Positions 41,832 through 51,037 of a stretch of 64,000 bases of DNA are shown here, in pieces. Under the pieces are notes generated by a model. That model saw only the letters and a program-made list of their open reading frames with translations, was not told where the DNA came from and did no database searches. Origin of the DNA: Hamadaea tsunoensis DSM 44101 (GTDB taxonomy: Bacteria; Actinomycetota; Actinomycetes; Mycobacteriales; Micromonosporaceae); contig NZ_AUAX01000035.1 in assembly GCF_000428945.1 (NCBI RefSeq), positions 15,368 to 79,367 on the forward strand, given 5' to 3'. Both the position numbers and the translations under genes were made by a program. How positions within the stretch are numbered: position 1 is the first letter of the stretch; every line of letters begins with the position of its first letter.

Positions 41832-42029
41832 GGAGGTCTGAATTCCGTGTTCGACGCAGGTGGCGGTCCAGCCGGTCGGGACGACCTGGACTTTCATCCG
41901 GCGGCCGCAGTCGCCGCAGAACCGGGGCGGCTCCAGTTCCAGCGCCGCGCGGCACGCGTCGTGGGCGGCCGGCCCGTCGAGGGGCCGACCGCAGCGGGGG
42001 CAGACCGCGAGGCTCACCGGGTCGGTCAC
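41829..42029 (-). CDS. Small (66-aa) zinc-ribbon-like protein translationally coupled to bioB (BsaP-like biotin synthase auxiliary protein candidate)
   Basis: CPRCG...C...CGDCG...C cysteine pattern; GTG start overlaps the bioB TGA (GTGA); its TAA stop lies within the MITE right end. Confidence 0.45.
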   Translation of the reverse strand: MTDPVSLAVCPRCGRPLDGPAAHDACRAALELEPPRFCGDCGRRMKVQVVPTGWTATCVEHGIQTS

Positions 42030-43033
42030 AGCGTCGCCGAGAGCGCCTTGACCGGCATCTTCAGCTCCTGCAGCAGCTGAAGATCGGCCGACGCCGGCCG
42101 GCCGAGGGTCGTCAGGTAGTTGCCGACGATGACCGCGTTGACGCCGCCGAGCAGGCCGTCCCGCGTACCCAGGTCGCCGAGGGTGATCTCGCGGCCGCCC
42201 GCGTACCGCAGGATGGTCTTGGGGAGGGCCAGGCGGAAGGCGGCGATGGCGCGCAGGGCGTCCTTGGGGTCCATGGTGGGCTGGTCGCCGAAGGGCGTGC
42301 CGGGGCGCGGGTTGAGGAAGTTGAGCGGGACCTCGTGCGGGTCGAGCTCGGCGAGCTGGACGGCGAACTCCGCGCGCTGCTCCAGGGTCTCGCCCATGCC
42401 GATGATGCCGCCGCAGCAGACCTCCATGCCGGAGTCGCGGACCATCTTCAGCGTGCCCCAGCGCTCCTCCCACGAGTGGGTGGTGACCACGTTGGGGAAG
42501 TAGGTGCGGCAGGTCTCGAGGTTGTGGTTGTAGCGGTGGACGCCCATCTCCACCAGCTCGTCGACCTGCTCCTGGCTGAGCATGCCGAGGCTCGCGGCGA
42601 CGTTGATGTCGACCGCTTCCTTGATCGCCTTGACGCCCTCGCGCATCTGCGACATCAGCTTGGCGTCGGGGCCGCGGACGGCGGCGACGATGCAGAACTC
42701 GGATGCTCCGGTCGCGGCCGTCTGCTTCGCCGCCTCGACCAGCGAGGGGATGTCCAGCCAGACCGAGCGTACGGGGGAGGAGAAGAGGCCGGACTGCGAG
42801 CAGAAGTGGCAGTCCTCGGGGCAGCCGCCGGTCTTCAGCGAGACGATGCCCTCGACCTCGACCTCCGGGCCGCACCAGCGCATGCGCACCTCGTGGGCCA
42901 GCTCCAGCGCTTCCGTGACGCGCTCGTCGGGCAGTCGCAGGATCTCCAGTACGCCCGCCTCGTCGAGGCCGATGCCGCGCTCGAGCACCTGTTCACGGGC
43001 ACGGTCGAGGACGTCGGTGTTCTCCGTAGCCAT
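42026..43033 (-). CDS. bioB: Biotin synthase (radical SAM)
   Basis: CPEDCHFC radical-SAM cluster motif; full-length similarity to BioB; start at MATENT. Confidence 0.9.
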   Translation of the reverse strand: MATENTDVLDRAREQVLERGIGLDEAGVLEILRLPDERVTEALELAHEVRMRWCGPEVEVEGIVSLKTGGCPEDCHFCSQSGLFSSPVRSVWLDIPSLVEAAKQTAATGASEFCIVAAVRGPDAKLMSQMREGVKAIKEAVDINVAASLGMLSQEQVDELVEMGVHRYNHNLETCRTYFPNVVTTHSWEERWGTLKMVRDSGMEVCCGGIIGMGETLEQRAEFAVQLAELDPHEVPLNFLNPRPGTPFGDQPTMDPKDALRAIAAFRLALPKTILRYAGGREITLGDLGTRDGLLGGVNAVIVGNYLTTLGRPASADLQLLQELKMPVKALSATL

Positions 43034-43093
43034 GATGCGTACCCTACAAGGTCGGTGGGACACCATCGTTGATCATGAGCTGGGGGTGGCGGG

Positions 43094-44215
43094 ATGGGCT
43101 GGCTGGACACCCTCGCCCGGAAGGCGGAGCTGCGCGAGCGGGCCGGGCTGCGGCGGCGGCTGCGGACGCGTACGCGGGCCGATGACCTGGTCGACCTGGC
43201 CGGTAACGACTACCTCGGACTGGCCCGGCATCCGGAGGTCGTGGCGGCGGCCGCTGCCGCGCTGTCGGCGTACGGGCTGGGGGCCACGGGATCGCGGCTG
43301 GTACGCGGAACCACCGATCTGCACGCCGCGCTCGAAGCCGAGCTGGCCGACTGGACGGGTACGCCGACGGCCCTCGTCTACTCGTCCGGCTACCTGGCCA
43401 ACCTGGGCGCGGTGAAGGCGCTGACCGGTCCGAACTCGGTGATCGTCGCGGACGCGTACGTGCACGCGAGCCTGATCGACGGCTGCCGCCTGGCCGGCGT
43501 CGAGACGGTCATGTTCCGGCACGGTGACGCCGCGGACGCGCGACGGCTGCTGGCCGGGCAGGCAGGCAAGAGAGCCCTCGTGCTGACCGAGTCGATCTTC
43601 TCGGTGGACGGCGATCTGGCGCCGCTGGCCGACCTGCACGCCGCTACGCGGGAACACGGCGGGATCATGCTGGTCGACGACGCGCACGGGCTCGGTGTCG
43701 TCGACGCCGTACGCCCTTTCGCCGCCGAGCCCGACGTGGTGGTCACGGCCACCCTGTCGAAGTCGCTGGGCGGGGCCGGCGGTGTCGTCGGCGGGCCGCC
43801 GGAGCTGGTCCGGCACCTGATCGACACCGGGCGCACGTTCATCTTCGACACCGCCCTGCCCCCGGCCCTCGCCGCCGGTACGCTCACCGCCGCACGGATC
43901 GCGCGTACGTCGCCCGGACTCGCGGCGGAGGTGCGGGAGCGGGCCGGACTCGGGTATGCGAGGCTCAGCGCGGCCGGGCTGACGGCTCGCCGGCCCGACG
44001 GCGGGGTGCTGTCGGTCGCGGCGCCGTCGGCCGAGCTGGCCGTCGAGTGGGCCGAGGCCTGCTTCGAGCGCGGGGTGGCGGTAGGGTGCTTCCGGCCACC
44101 GTCCACTCCGGACCACGTGTCGCGGCTGCGGCTGACGGTCAACGCCGGCGTACCGCGGGCGGTCTTCGAGGAAGCGCTGGAGAAAGTGGTAGAGGCAGCA
44201 CCATGGACGCCCTGA
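43094..44215 (+). CDS. bioF: 8-amino-7-oxononanoate synthase
   Basis: Class-II aminotransferase fold; PLP lysine in TLSKSLGGAGG; divergent from bioB. Confidence 0.85.
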   Translation: MGWLDTLARKAELRERAGLRRRLRTRTRADDLVDLAGNDYLGLARHPEVVAAAAAALSAYGLGATGSRLVRGTTDLHAALEAELADWTGTPTALVYSSGYLANLGAVKALTGPNSVIVADAYVHASLIDGCRLAGVETVMFRHGDAADARRLLAGQAGKRALVLTESIFSVDGDLAPLADLHAATREHGGIMLVDDAHGLGVVDAVRPFAAEPDVVVTATLSKSLGGAGGVVGGPPELVRHLIDTGRTFIFDTALPPALAAGTLTAARIARTSPGLAAEVRERAGLGYARLSAAGLTARRPDGGVLSVAAPSAELAVEWAEACFERGVAVGCFRPPSTPDHVSRLRLTVNAGVPRAVFEEALEKVVEAAPWTP

Positions 44216-44946
44216 CGGGACCCGTTCTCATCACCGGCACGGACACCGGCGTCGGCAAGACCATCGTGACGGCGGCCATCGCGGCTTCCGCCACCGCCGC
44301 CGGCCTGCGGGTGGCCGTCGTCAAACCGGGGCAGACCGGCGTCGACCCCGCGTACGGCGAGGTCACCGACGAAGAGGTCATCGCCCGGCTGGCCGCGCCG
44401 GCGTCGACGCGTACGCTGGCCGCCTATCCGGATCCGCTGGCGCCGATCGCGGCCGCCCGGGTCGCCGGGATGGCGGCGCTCGACCTCTACACGGTCGTCG
44501 ACACCGTCAAGCACGTCGCGACCGAGTACGACCTGGTGCTCGTGGAGGGAGCCGGCGGCCTGCTGGTCCCGATGGGCCCGCGCATCGCGGCGATGCCGGG
44601 CGGCGGGGCGTGGAACGTCGGCGACCTGGCCGTGAGCCTGGGCGCCCCGGCCGTGGTGGTCACCCGCGCCGGCCTCGGCACGCTCAACCACACCGCGCTC
44701 ACCCTCGAAGCGCTGGAGCGCCGGGGGATCACCGGGCTGGTGGTGCTGGGCGCGTGGCCGGCCGACCTGGAACTGGTGCACCTGACCAATCTCGACGATC
44801 TGCCGGGGGACCTGCACGGGCTGCTGCCCGAGGGGGCGGGCACGATGGAACCGGGAGTGTTCCGGCGCAGCGCCCCGGGCTGGCTCACCGAGACCCTCTA
44901 CGGCAGCTGCGACGACCCCCGCCTGCTGGCCGAACCCGAGGAGTAA
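44203..44946 (+). CDS. bioD: Dethiobiotin synthetase
   Basis: P-loop ITGTDTGVGKT; 13-nt overlap with bioF. Confidence 0.85.
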   Translation: MDALTGPVLITGTDTGVGKTIVTAAIAASATAAGLRVAVVKPGQTGVDPAYGEVTDEEVIARLAAPASTRTLAAYPDPLAPIAAARVAGMAALDLYTVVDTVKHVATEYDLVLVEGAGGLLVPMGPRIAAMPGGGAWNVGDLAVSLGAPAVVVTRAGLGTLNHTALTLEALERRGITGLVVLGAWPADLELVHLTNLDDLPGDLHGLLPEGAGTMEPGVFRRSAPGWLTETLYGSCDDPRLLAEPEE

Positions 44947-45004
44947 GCCGCGGTTCTTGGCGAAAACGCCGGTTCAGGGCGTGAATTGCCATAATCTGCC
45001 TGAT

Positions 45005-46702
45005 ATGTGGCATTGGTTCAAGAGTTCGCTTCAGGCCCACCCTGAGCTGGCGATCTTCCTGACCCTGGCCCTGGGCTTCTTCATCGGCAAGCTGCGGATC
45101 AAGAGCGTCACCCTCGGATCGGTCACCGGTACGCTGCTCGCCGGCGTCCTCGTCGGGCAGCTGGAGATCCAGATTCCGGACCTGGTGAAGACGGTCGCCT
45201 TCATCGGCTTCCTGTTCGCCCTGGGCTACCGGGTCGGGCCGCAGTTCTTCGCGGCACTGCGCAAGGACGGCGTACCGCAGCTGGTGGTGGCGGTCATCGG
45301 AGCCGTGTTCGGGCTGCTGGTCGCGTACGTGATGGCGAAGATCATGGGCTACGGACCGGGCTGGGGAGCCGGGCTGCTCGCGGGCGGCCTGACCCAGTCG
45401 GCGGTCATCGGCGTGGCCACGGACGCGATCAACGGGTCGACCAGCATCCCCGACGACCAGAAGAAGACCTTCATCGACCAGATCCCGGTCGGGTACGCGG
45501 TCTGCTACCTGTTCGGCACGGCCGCCGCGGCGTACTTCCTGTCCCAGCTCGCACCCCGGATGCTGGGCACGAAGGATCTGGCGGGCGAGTGCGCCGAGAT
45601 GGAGAAGAAGCTCGGCACCTTCCACGACCCGGACAGCCAGCCCGCGTACCGGCAGGTGGTCCGGCGGACGTACCAGGTGACGGCGGGCTCGGAGCTGGAC
45701 GGCACGAGCGTGCGGGCCGAGGAGGCGCTGGCCGCCTCCCGGGGCCGGCGCATCTACCTGCAGCGCTACCGGCGCGGCGACGAGCTGGAGTTCACGACGC
45801 CGGACACGGTGCTGCGGGCCGGGGACGTCGTCACGGTGACCGCCAACCACAGCGACTTCATCCACGGCGAGATGACCGCGGTCGGTACGGAGATCGACGA
45901 CGCGGAACTGCTCGGCTACGACGTCGAGACGATGGCGATCGTGCTGACCCGCAAGGAGCTCGTCGGCCGGAAGCTGGGCGACCTCGCGGAGGACGCGCTG
46001 GCCCGCAACCTCTTCGTGAAGCGGATCGTACGCGCCGGCGTGGAGATCCCCTTCGGGCTCACGACCGTGCTGCACCGGGGCGACGAGCTGACCGTCGAGG
46101 GCCCGAAGGAGCTGGTGGAGAAGGCGATCCCGGCGCTGGGCAAGCCGAACCGCAGCAGCGACGAGACGGACTACTCCTACATCGGCGCGGGCATCGTGCT
46201 CGGCGGGCTGATCGGCATACCGACGGTCGCCATCGCGGGTGCCCAGATCGGGCTCACCACCAGCGGCGGCGCCCTCATCATGGGGCTCGTCTTCGGCTGG
46301 CTGCGCGCGAAGTACCCGACCTTCGGGCGGTTCCCGCCGGCGGCGGAGTGGCTGATGGACACCGGCGGCCTGTGCATGTTCGTGGGCATCGTCGGCATCC
46401 AGTCCGGCCCGAACTTCATCTCCGGCGTCAAGTCCCAGGGCGTCGGCCTGCTCTTCGCCGGCCTCGTCGTCACCCTGCTGCCGATGTTCCTGACGCTGTT
46501 CCTCGGCAAGCTCGTCTACAAGTGGCCGACCGCGACCAACCTGGGCTCGACGGCCGGCGCGTTCACCACCACCGCGTCGATCGGCGCGATCTGCGACACC
46601 GCCAAGAGCCGCGTACCGGTGCTGGGCTACACGGTCCCGTACGCGATCGGCAACACGCTGCTCACCATCTGGGGCACGGTCATCGTCGCCCTTTTGTCCT
46701 GA
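45005..46702 (+). CDS. aspT: AspT/YidE/YbjL-family transporter (aspartate:alanine antiporter-like), two membrane domains around TrkA-C modules
   Basis: Two repeated TM domains (GKLRIKSVTLGSVTGTLLAG... / GGLCMFVGIVGIQSG...) flanking a cytoplasmic TrkA-C pair; located upstream of asdA. Confidence 0.75.
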   Translation: MWHWFKSSLQAHPELAIFLTLALGFFIGKLRIKSVTLGSVTGTLLAGVLVGQLEIQIPDLVKTVAFIGFLFALGYRVGPQFFAALRKDGVPQLVVAVIGAVFGLLVAYVMAKIMGYGPGWGAGLLAGGLTQSAVIGVATDAINGSTSIPDDQKKTFIDQIPVGYAVCYLFGTAAAAYFLSQLAPRMLGTKDLAGECAEMEKKLGTFHDPDSQPAYRQVVRRTYQVTAGSELDGTSVRAEEALAASRGRRIYLQRYRRGDELEFTTPDTVLRAGDVVTVTANHSDFIHGEMTAVGTEIDDAELLGYDVETMAIVLTRKELVGRKLGDLAEDALARNLFVKRIVRAGVEIPFGLTTVLHRGDELTVEGPKELVEKAIPALGKPNRSSDETDYSYIGAGIVLGGLIGIPTVAIAGAQIGLTTSGGALIMGLVFGWLRAKYPTFGRFPPAAEWLMDTGGLCMFVGIVGIQSGPNFISGVKSQGVGLLFAGLVVTLLPMFLTLFLGKLVYKWPTATNLGSTAGAFTTTASIGAICDTAKSRVPVLGYTVPYAIGNTLLTIWGTVIVALLS

Positions 46703-46743
46703 TCGGATCTTCACGCACCACATAGCCACGGGGGGAAAGCACC

Positions 46744-48915
46744 ATGACCACGAGAGCCGAGCAGAAGCGACTGGAGGGTCTGAGCCCCTTCGAGCTGAAG
46801 AACTCGCTCATCGAGCTGGCCGACGAGAACGTCAAGCTCAACGCCATCACCATGCTCAACGCCGGCCGGGGCAACCCGAACTGGATCGCGACCGAGCCGC
46901 GGGAGGCGTTCTTCCTGCTCGGCCGGTTCGGCATCGCCGAGTCCCGGCTGGACTGGGACGAGTGGGACGGCGTCGGCGGCATGCCCCAGAAGAAGGGCAT
47001 CGGGGGCCGGTTCGACGAGTTCATCCGGGCCAACGCCGGCCAGCCCGGCGCGGACATGCTGGGCCGCGCGATCGAGTACGGCGTCAAGAAGCTCGGCTTC
47101 GACAAGGACGCGTGGGTCTGGGAGCTGACCGACTCGGTCATCGGCGACCACTACCCCGAACCCGACCGGATGCTCTCGCACGTCGAGCGGGTCGTGCACG
47201 CGTACCTGGTGAAGGAGATGTGCGGCGGGCGGCAGCCGGACCAGCCCTTCGACCTGTACGCCGTCGAGGGCGGCACGGCCGCGATGTGCTACCTGTTCGA
47301 CTCCGCCGTGATCAACGGCATCCTGAACAAGGGCGACACGATCGCGATCATGACGCCGATCTTCACGCCCTACCTGGAGATCCCGCATCTGGAGCGGTAC
47401 CGGTTCGACGTGGTGGAGTTGCAGGCCTCCCGCTACGGCGAGGAGGGCTTCCACACGTGGCAGTACGACGAGGCCGAGATCGAGAAGCTGGCCGATCCGA
47501 AGATCAAGGCGGTGTTCCTGGTCAACCCGTCGAACCCGCCCTCGGTGGCGCTCGCGCAGAAGACCCGCGACCAGATCAAGCGGATCACCGAGACCAGCAA
47601 CCCGGGCCTGACGATCATCACGGACGACGTCTACGGCACCTTCGTGGACGGCTTCGAGTCGCTCATGTCGGCGGTGCCGCGCAACACGATCGGCGTCTAC
47701 TCGTTCAGCAAGTACTTCGGCTGCACCGGCTGGCGGCTCGGCGTGATCGCGGTCAACCGGGACAACATCTTCGAGGGCAAGCTGGCCAAGCTGCCGGCCC
47801 GGCGCAAGGCCGAGCTGAACGAGCGCTACAGCACGCTCTCGCTGGCGCCCGAGAAGATCAAGTTCATCGACCGGATCGTGGCCGACTCCCGGCAGGTGGC
47901 GCTCAACCACACGGCCGGCCTCTCCCTGCCGCAGCAGGTGCAGATGGCCATGTTCAGCCTGTTCGCCCTGCTCGACGAGCAGGACGACTACAAGCAGGTC
48001 TGCCAGACGATCATCATGCGGCGGATGCACGCCCTGACCAAGGGCATGGGCGTCACCCTGCCCCGCGATCCGGCCGCCGCGCACTACTACGTCGAGCTGG
48101 ACCTGCTGAACTACGCGCGCCGCTGGATCAGCGCGGACTTCGCCGAGTGGCTCGAAGGCAGCTTCGAACCCGTGGACCCCGTGTTCCGGCTCGCCGAGAA
48201 GGGATCGGTCGTCCTGCTCAACGGCGGCGGCTTCGACGGTCCCGAGTGGAGCGTCCGGGTCAGCCTGGCCAATCTGCGCTATGAGGCGTACGAGCAGATC
48301 GGTTCGTGGCTGCGCGAGGTCATGGAGGGCTACTTCGCCGAGTTCCAGAAGTCCGGCAAGACGAAGCGCCCGCGGGCGGCGGCCAAGACGCCCGCGGGCG
48401 GCAAGGCGATGATGGCGGGCGGGATGGCCACGATGATCCAGCCGGCCAAGACGGTCGCCGGCAAGCCGCCGCGGAAGGCGGCCGCGAAGACCGCCGCGAC
48501 CCGGCCGGCCACGAAGGGGGCCGCGAAGTCGGCCCCGGCGCGGAAGGCACCCACGACCAAGACCGCGACCACGGCCGGTGCCAAGACCGGGGCCAGGACG
48601 GCGGCCAAGACCCCGACCAAGACCGCGGCCAGGGCTGGGGCGACGGCCACGAAGAGCGCGGCGAAGGCCACCAAGGCCGCGGCGAAGGTGCCCGCGAAGA
48701 AGGTGCTCGCGGCCAAGGCTCCCGCGAAGAAGACCATGGTGACCGCGTCTCCCGCCAAGAAGACGGCCGCCGCCAGGAAGGCTGCACCGGCCAAGAAGAC
48801 GGCACCGGCCAACAAGACGGCACCGGCCAAGAAGGCCGCCCCGATGAAGAAGGCCGTGGCCAAGACGACGGCGAAGAAGACCGCGGCGAAGAAGGCGGTG
48901 GCCAAGAAGCGATGA
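46744..48915 (+). CDS. asdA: L-aspartate 4-(beta-)decarboxylase AsdA with an ~190-aa Lys/Ala/Pro/Thr-rich histone-H1-like C-terminal tail
   Basis: Motifs shared with Pseudomonas AsdA: LSPFELK, NAGRGNPN, AVEGGTAAM, VNPSNPPSV, YSFSKYFGCTGWRLGV, LNHTAGLS.PQQVQMA; the tail is made of AKK/AKT/PAKK repeats from about residue 530. Confidence 0.85.
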   Translation: MTTRAEQKRLEGLSPFELKNSLIELADENVKLNAITMLNAGRGNPNWIATEPREAFFLLGRFGIAESRLDWDEWDGVGGMPQKKGIGGRFDEFIRANAGQPGADMLGRAIEYGVKKLGFDKDAWVWELTDSVIGDHYPEPDRMLSHVERVVHAYLVKEMCGGRQPDQPFDLYAVEGGTAAMCYLFDSAVINGILNKGDTIAIMTPIFTPYLEIPHLERYRFDVVELQASRYGEEGFHTWQYDEAEIEKLADPKIKAVFLVNPSNPPSVALAQKTRDQIKRITETSNPGLTIITDDVYGTFVDGFESLMSAVPRNTIGVYSFSKYFGCTGWRLGVIAVNRDNIFEGKLAKLPARRKAELNERYSTLSLAPEKIKFIDRIVADSRQVALNHTAGLSLPQQVQMAMFSLFALLDEQDDYKQVCQTIIMRRMHALTKGMGVTLPRDPAAAHYYVELDLLNYARRWISADFAEWLEGSFEPVDPVFRLAEKGSVVLLNGGGFDGPEWSVRVSLANLRYEAYEQIGSWLREVMEGYFAEFQKSGKTKRPRAAAKTPAGGKAMMAGGMATMIQPAKTVAGKPPRKAAAKTAATRPATKGAAKSAPARKAPTTKTATTAGAKTGARTAAKTPTKTAARAGATATKSAAKATKAAAKVPAKKVLAAKAPAKKTMVTASPAKKTAAARKAAPAKKTAPANKTAPAKKAAPMKKAVAKTTAKKTAAKKAVAKKR

Positions 48916-50606
48916 AGGACTGGCTGACTGACCTCCTGAACTCGGTCGAGGGCCTGGTCCTCTTCGTCTGCCTGGCCCTCGGCTTCGCCCTGGGCAAGGT
49001 CAGGTTCTGGAAGATCTCCCTCGGCGGCGTCGCCGGTACGCTGATCGTCGCGATCTTCGTCGGCATGCTCGGCGTGACCCTCAACAGCCAGGTGAAGAAC
49101 ATCGCGTTCGCCATGTTCATCTTCACGCTGGGGTACATGTCGGGGCCTTCGTTCTTCGCGAGCCTCAACAGGGCGAGCCTGCGCTACGGCATCTTCACGG
49201 CGATCGAGGTGGTGACGATCCTCGTGGTCGTCGCCATCGCGACCGTGGTCCTCAACCTCGACCAGGGCACCGCGGCGGGTCTGCTCGCCGGTGGTGCGAC
49301 CGAATCGGCGGTGGTGGGTACCGCGACCGATGCGATCGGCAAGCTCGACCTGCCACCCGATCAGATCAAGCTGTTGCAGGCCAACGTCGGTACGGCGTAC
49401 TCGATCTCCTACATCATGGGCCTGATCACGATCGTGCTGCTGACGAGCCAGTTCGCGCCGGCCATCATGAAGATCAATCTGCGCGAGGAGGCCGACAAGC
49501 TGTGGAAGAAGCTCGGCGGCGGATCGGGGGACGAGGAGGGCGCCGCCCAGGCGCTGCCGGAGATCGTCGGCCGGGCGCACGAGGTGACCGTCGCGGCCGG
49601 CCGGACCGTCGGGCAGGTCGAGTCCTCGCTCGGCGACGTCGTCGCGGTGGAACAGGTGCGGCGCGGCGGCGAGACGGTCGAGTTCACCGAGACGACACCG
49701 CTGGAGGCGGGCGACGTCATCCTGCTCAACGGCCGCCGCGAGTACCTGCTCGACGGCGACACGATCGTGGGACCGGAGCGGGCCGAGATCGCCGGGATGG
49801 ACATCGACCTCGACGTGCAGGACGTGATCCTGACGACCAAGGGCTACGGCGGGCAGACGCTCGGCGACATCCGGGAGGCCATTCCCCGCGACGAGCGGCA
49901 CGGCGTCTTCCTGACGAAGATCACCCGGCTCGACCACGTGCTCCCGATCCAGAACGGTACGCAGATCAACGAGGGGGACACGCTCACGTTCAGCGGCCGC
50001 AAGCGGGACCTGAACAAGTTCGTGCCGCGGGTGGGCTTCAAGATCGATCCGACCGTGAAGATGGACGTCATCTTCATCTCGATCGGCATCATCGTCGGCA
50101 TGCTCATCGGCAAGATCGAGGTGCCGCTCGGCTCGATCCCGCTCTCGCTGGGCACCGGCGGCGGCTGCCTGCTGTCCGGCCTGGCGTTCGGCTGGCTGCG
50201 GGCCCGCAACCCGCGTTACGGCCAGTACCACCCGGCGGCGGCCCAGGTCGTCAAGGACCTCGGCCTGGCCACGTTCATCTGCGCGGTCGGGCTCTCGTCC
50301 GGCCCGGAGGCGGTCGACCTGATCAAGAAGTACGGCATCTCGCTGCCGATCGCCGGCATCCTGGTCACGCTGATCCCGGCGACGATCTCGCTCTTCGTGG
50401 CCTGGAAGCTGATGAAGCTGCCCGCGCCGCTCACCCTGGGCGCCGTCGCCGGCCAGCAGTGCTCGACCCCGGCCGCCACGGCGGTCCAGCAGGCGGCGGG
50501 CAACGCCACGCCGCTCATGAGCTACACCATCGTGTACGCGTTGTCCAATGTGGTGCTCCCGTTGCTCGGCCCGATCGTCGTGGCCATGACGGGCGCCCTC
50601 AACTGA
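48912..50606 (+). CDS. Second AspT/YidE/YbjL-family transporter (paralog), start overlapping the asdA stop (ATGA)
   Basis: MKDWLTDLLNSVEGLVLFVCLALGFALGKVRFW...; same duplicated-domain architecture as the upstream transporter. Confidence 0.75.
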   Translation: MKDWLTDLLNSVEGLVLFVCLALGFALGKVRFWKISLGGVAGTLIVAIFVGMLGVTLNSQVKNIAFAMFIFTLGYMSGPSFFASLNRASLRYGIFTAIEVVTILVVVAIATVVLNLDQGTAAGLLAGGATESAVVGTATDAIGKLDLPPDQIKLLQANVGTAYSISYIMGLITIVLLTSQFAPAIMKINLREEADKLWKKLGGGSGDEEGAAQALPEIVGRAHEVTVAAGRTVGQVESSLGDVVAVEQVRRGGETVEFTETTPLEAGDVILLNGRREYLLDGDTIVGPERAEIAGMDIDLDVQDVILTTKGYGGQTLGDIREAIPRDERHGVFLTKITRLDHVLPIQNGTQINEGDTLTFSGRKRDLNKFVPRVGFKIDPTVKMDVIFISIGIIVGMLIGKIEVPLGSIPLSLGTGGGCLLSGLAFGWLRARNPRYGQYHPAAAQVVKDLGLATFICAVGLSSGPEAVDLIKKYGISLPIAGILVTLIPATISLFVAWKLMKLPAPLTLGAVAGQQCSTPAATAVQQAAGNATPLMSYTIVYALSNVVLPLLGPIVVAMTGALN

Positions 50607-50622
50607 CCGACCCGCACCGACC

Positions 50623-50708
50623 GATGATCCCGTTTGGATCAGGGAAATCACCCGAATCATGGGCCAAGATTCGGGTGAGAACCCTGATCCAAACGGGATC
50701 TTGGGGTC
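50623..50708. repeat. Palindromic intergenic repeat, copy 3
   Basis: GATCCCGTTTGGATCAGGGAAATCACCCGAATCATGGGCCAAGATTCGGGTGAGAACCCTGATCCAAACGGGATC. Confidence 0.6.
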
Positions 50709-50744
50709 GCGGGCGACGGGCCGACCGGCCGACGGGCGGGTGGG

Positions 50745-50993
50745 TCAGGACGCGCGGATCTTGTCGAAGTCGCCGCGTACCTCCTCGGGGAGGCGGCCCT
50801 CGGTCGGCAGCCCGGCGGTGTCGCCGATCTTGTCGACGTCCACCTCCACGTCGATCTCCGCGCTGAACTCGGTGTCGTCGAGGATCTCGGTCCGGCCGTG
50901 CCGGCGCCTGCGGTGGATCGCGTACCCGGTTCCGGCGGCCACGGCGAGCACCCCGGCCGCCAGGGCCACCGTGCGTTTCGTGGATGTGCGCAT
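50745..50993 (-). CDS. Small membrane-anchored acidic protein (82 aa), hypothetical
   Basis: GAAGGAG SD 7 nt before the ATG; N-terminal TM (VALAAGVLAVAAGTGYAI) then an Asp/Glu-rich tail. Confidence 0.4.
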   Translation of the reverse strand: MRTSTKRTVALAAGVLAVAAGTGYAIHRRRRHGRTEILDDTEFSAEIDVEVDVDKIGDTAGLPTEGRLPEEVRGDFDKIRAS

Positions 50994-51037
50994 GGCAAGG
51001 CTCCTTCGTATAGACGGAACCCCAGGTCAAGCCAACG

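Noticed and set aside
43034-43093. bioB/bioF divergent 60-bp region as a BioQ/BirA operator
   Set aside because: Only a short TGATCA palindrome is present, with no convincing TGAAC-N3-GTTCA-type site; there is not enough signal to call a regulator site.
48306-48911. Gly/Asp/Glu/Arg-rich 202-aa N-terminal extension of the second aspT ORF
   Set aside because: This is an alternative frame of the Lys/Ala-rich asdA tail. AspT-family homology starts at the MKDWLT methionine, whose ATG overlaps the asdA stop, as expected for translational coupling.
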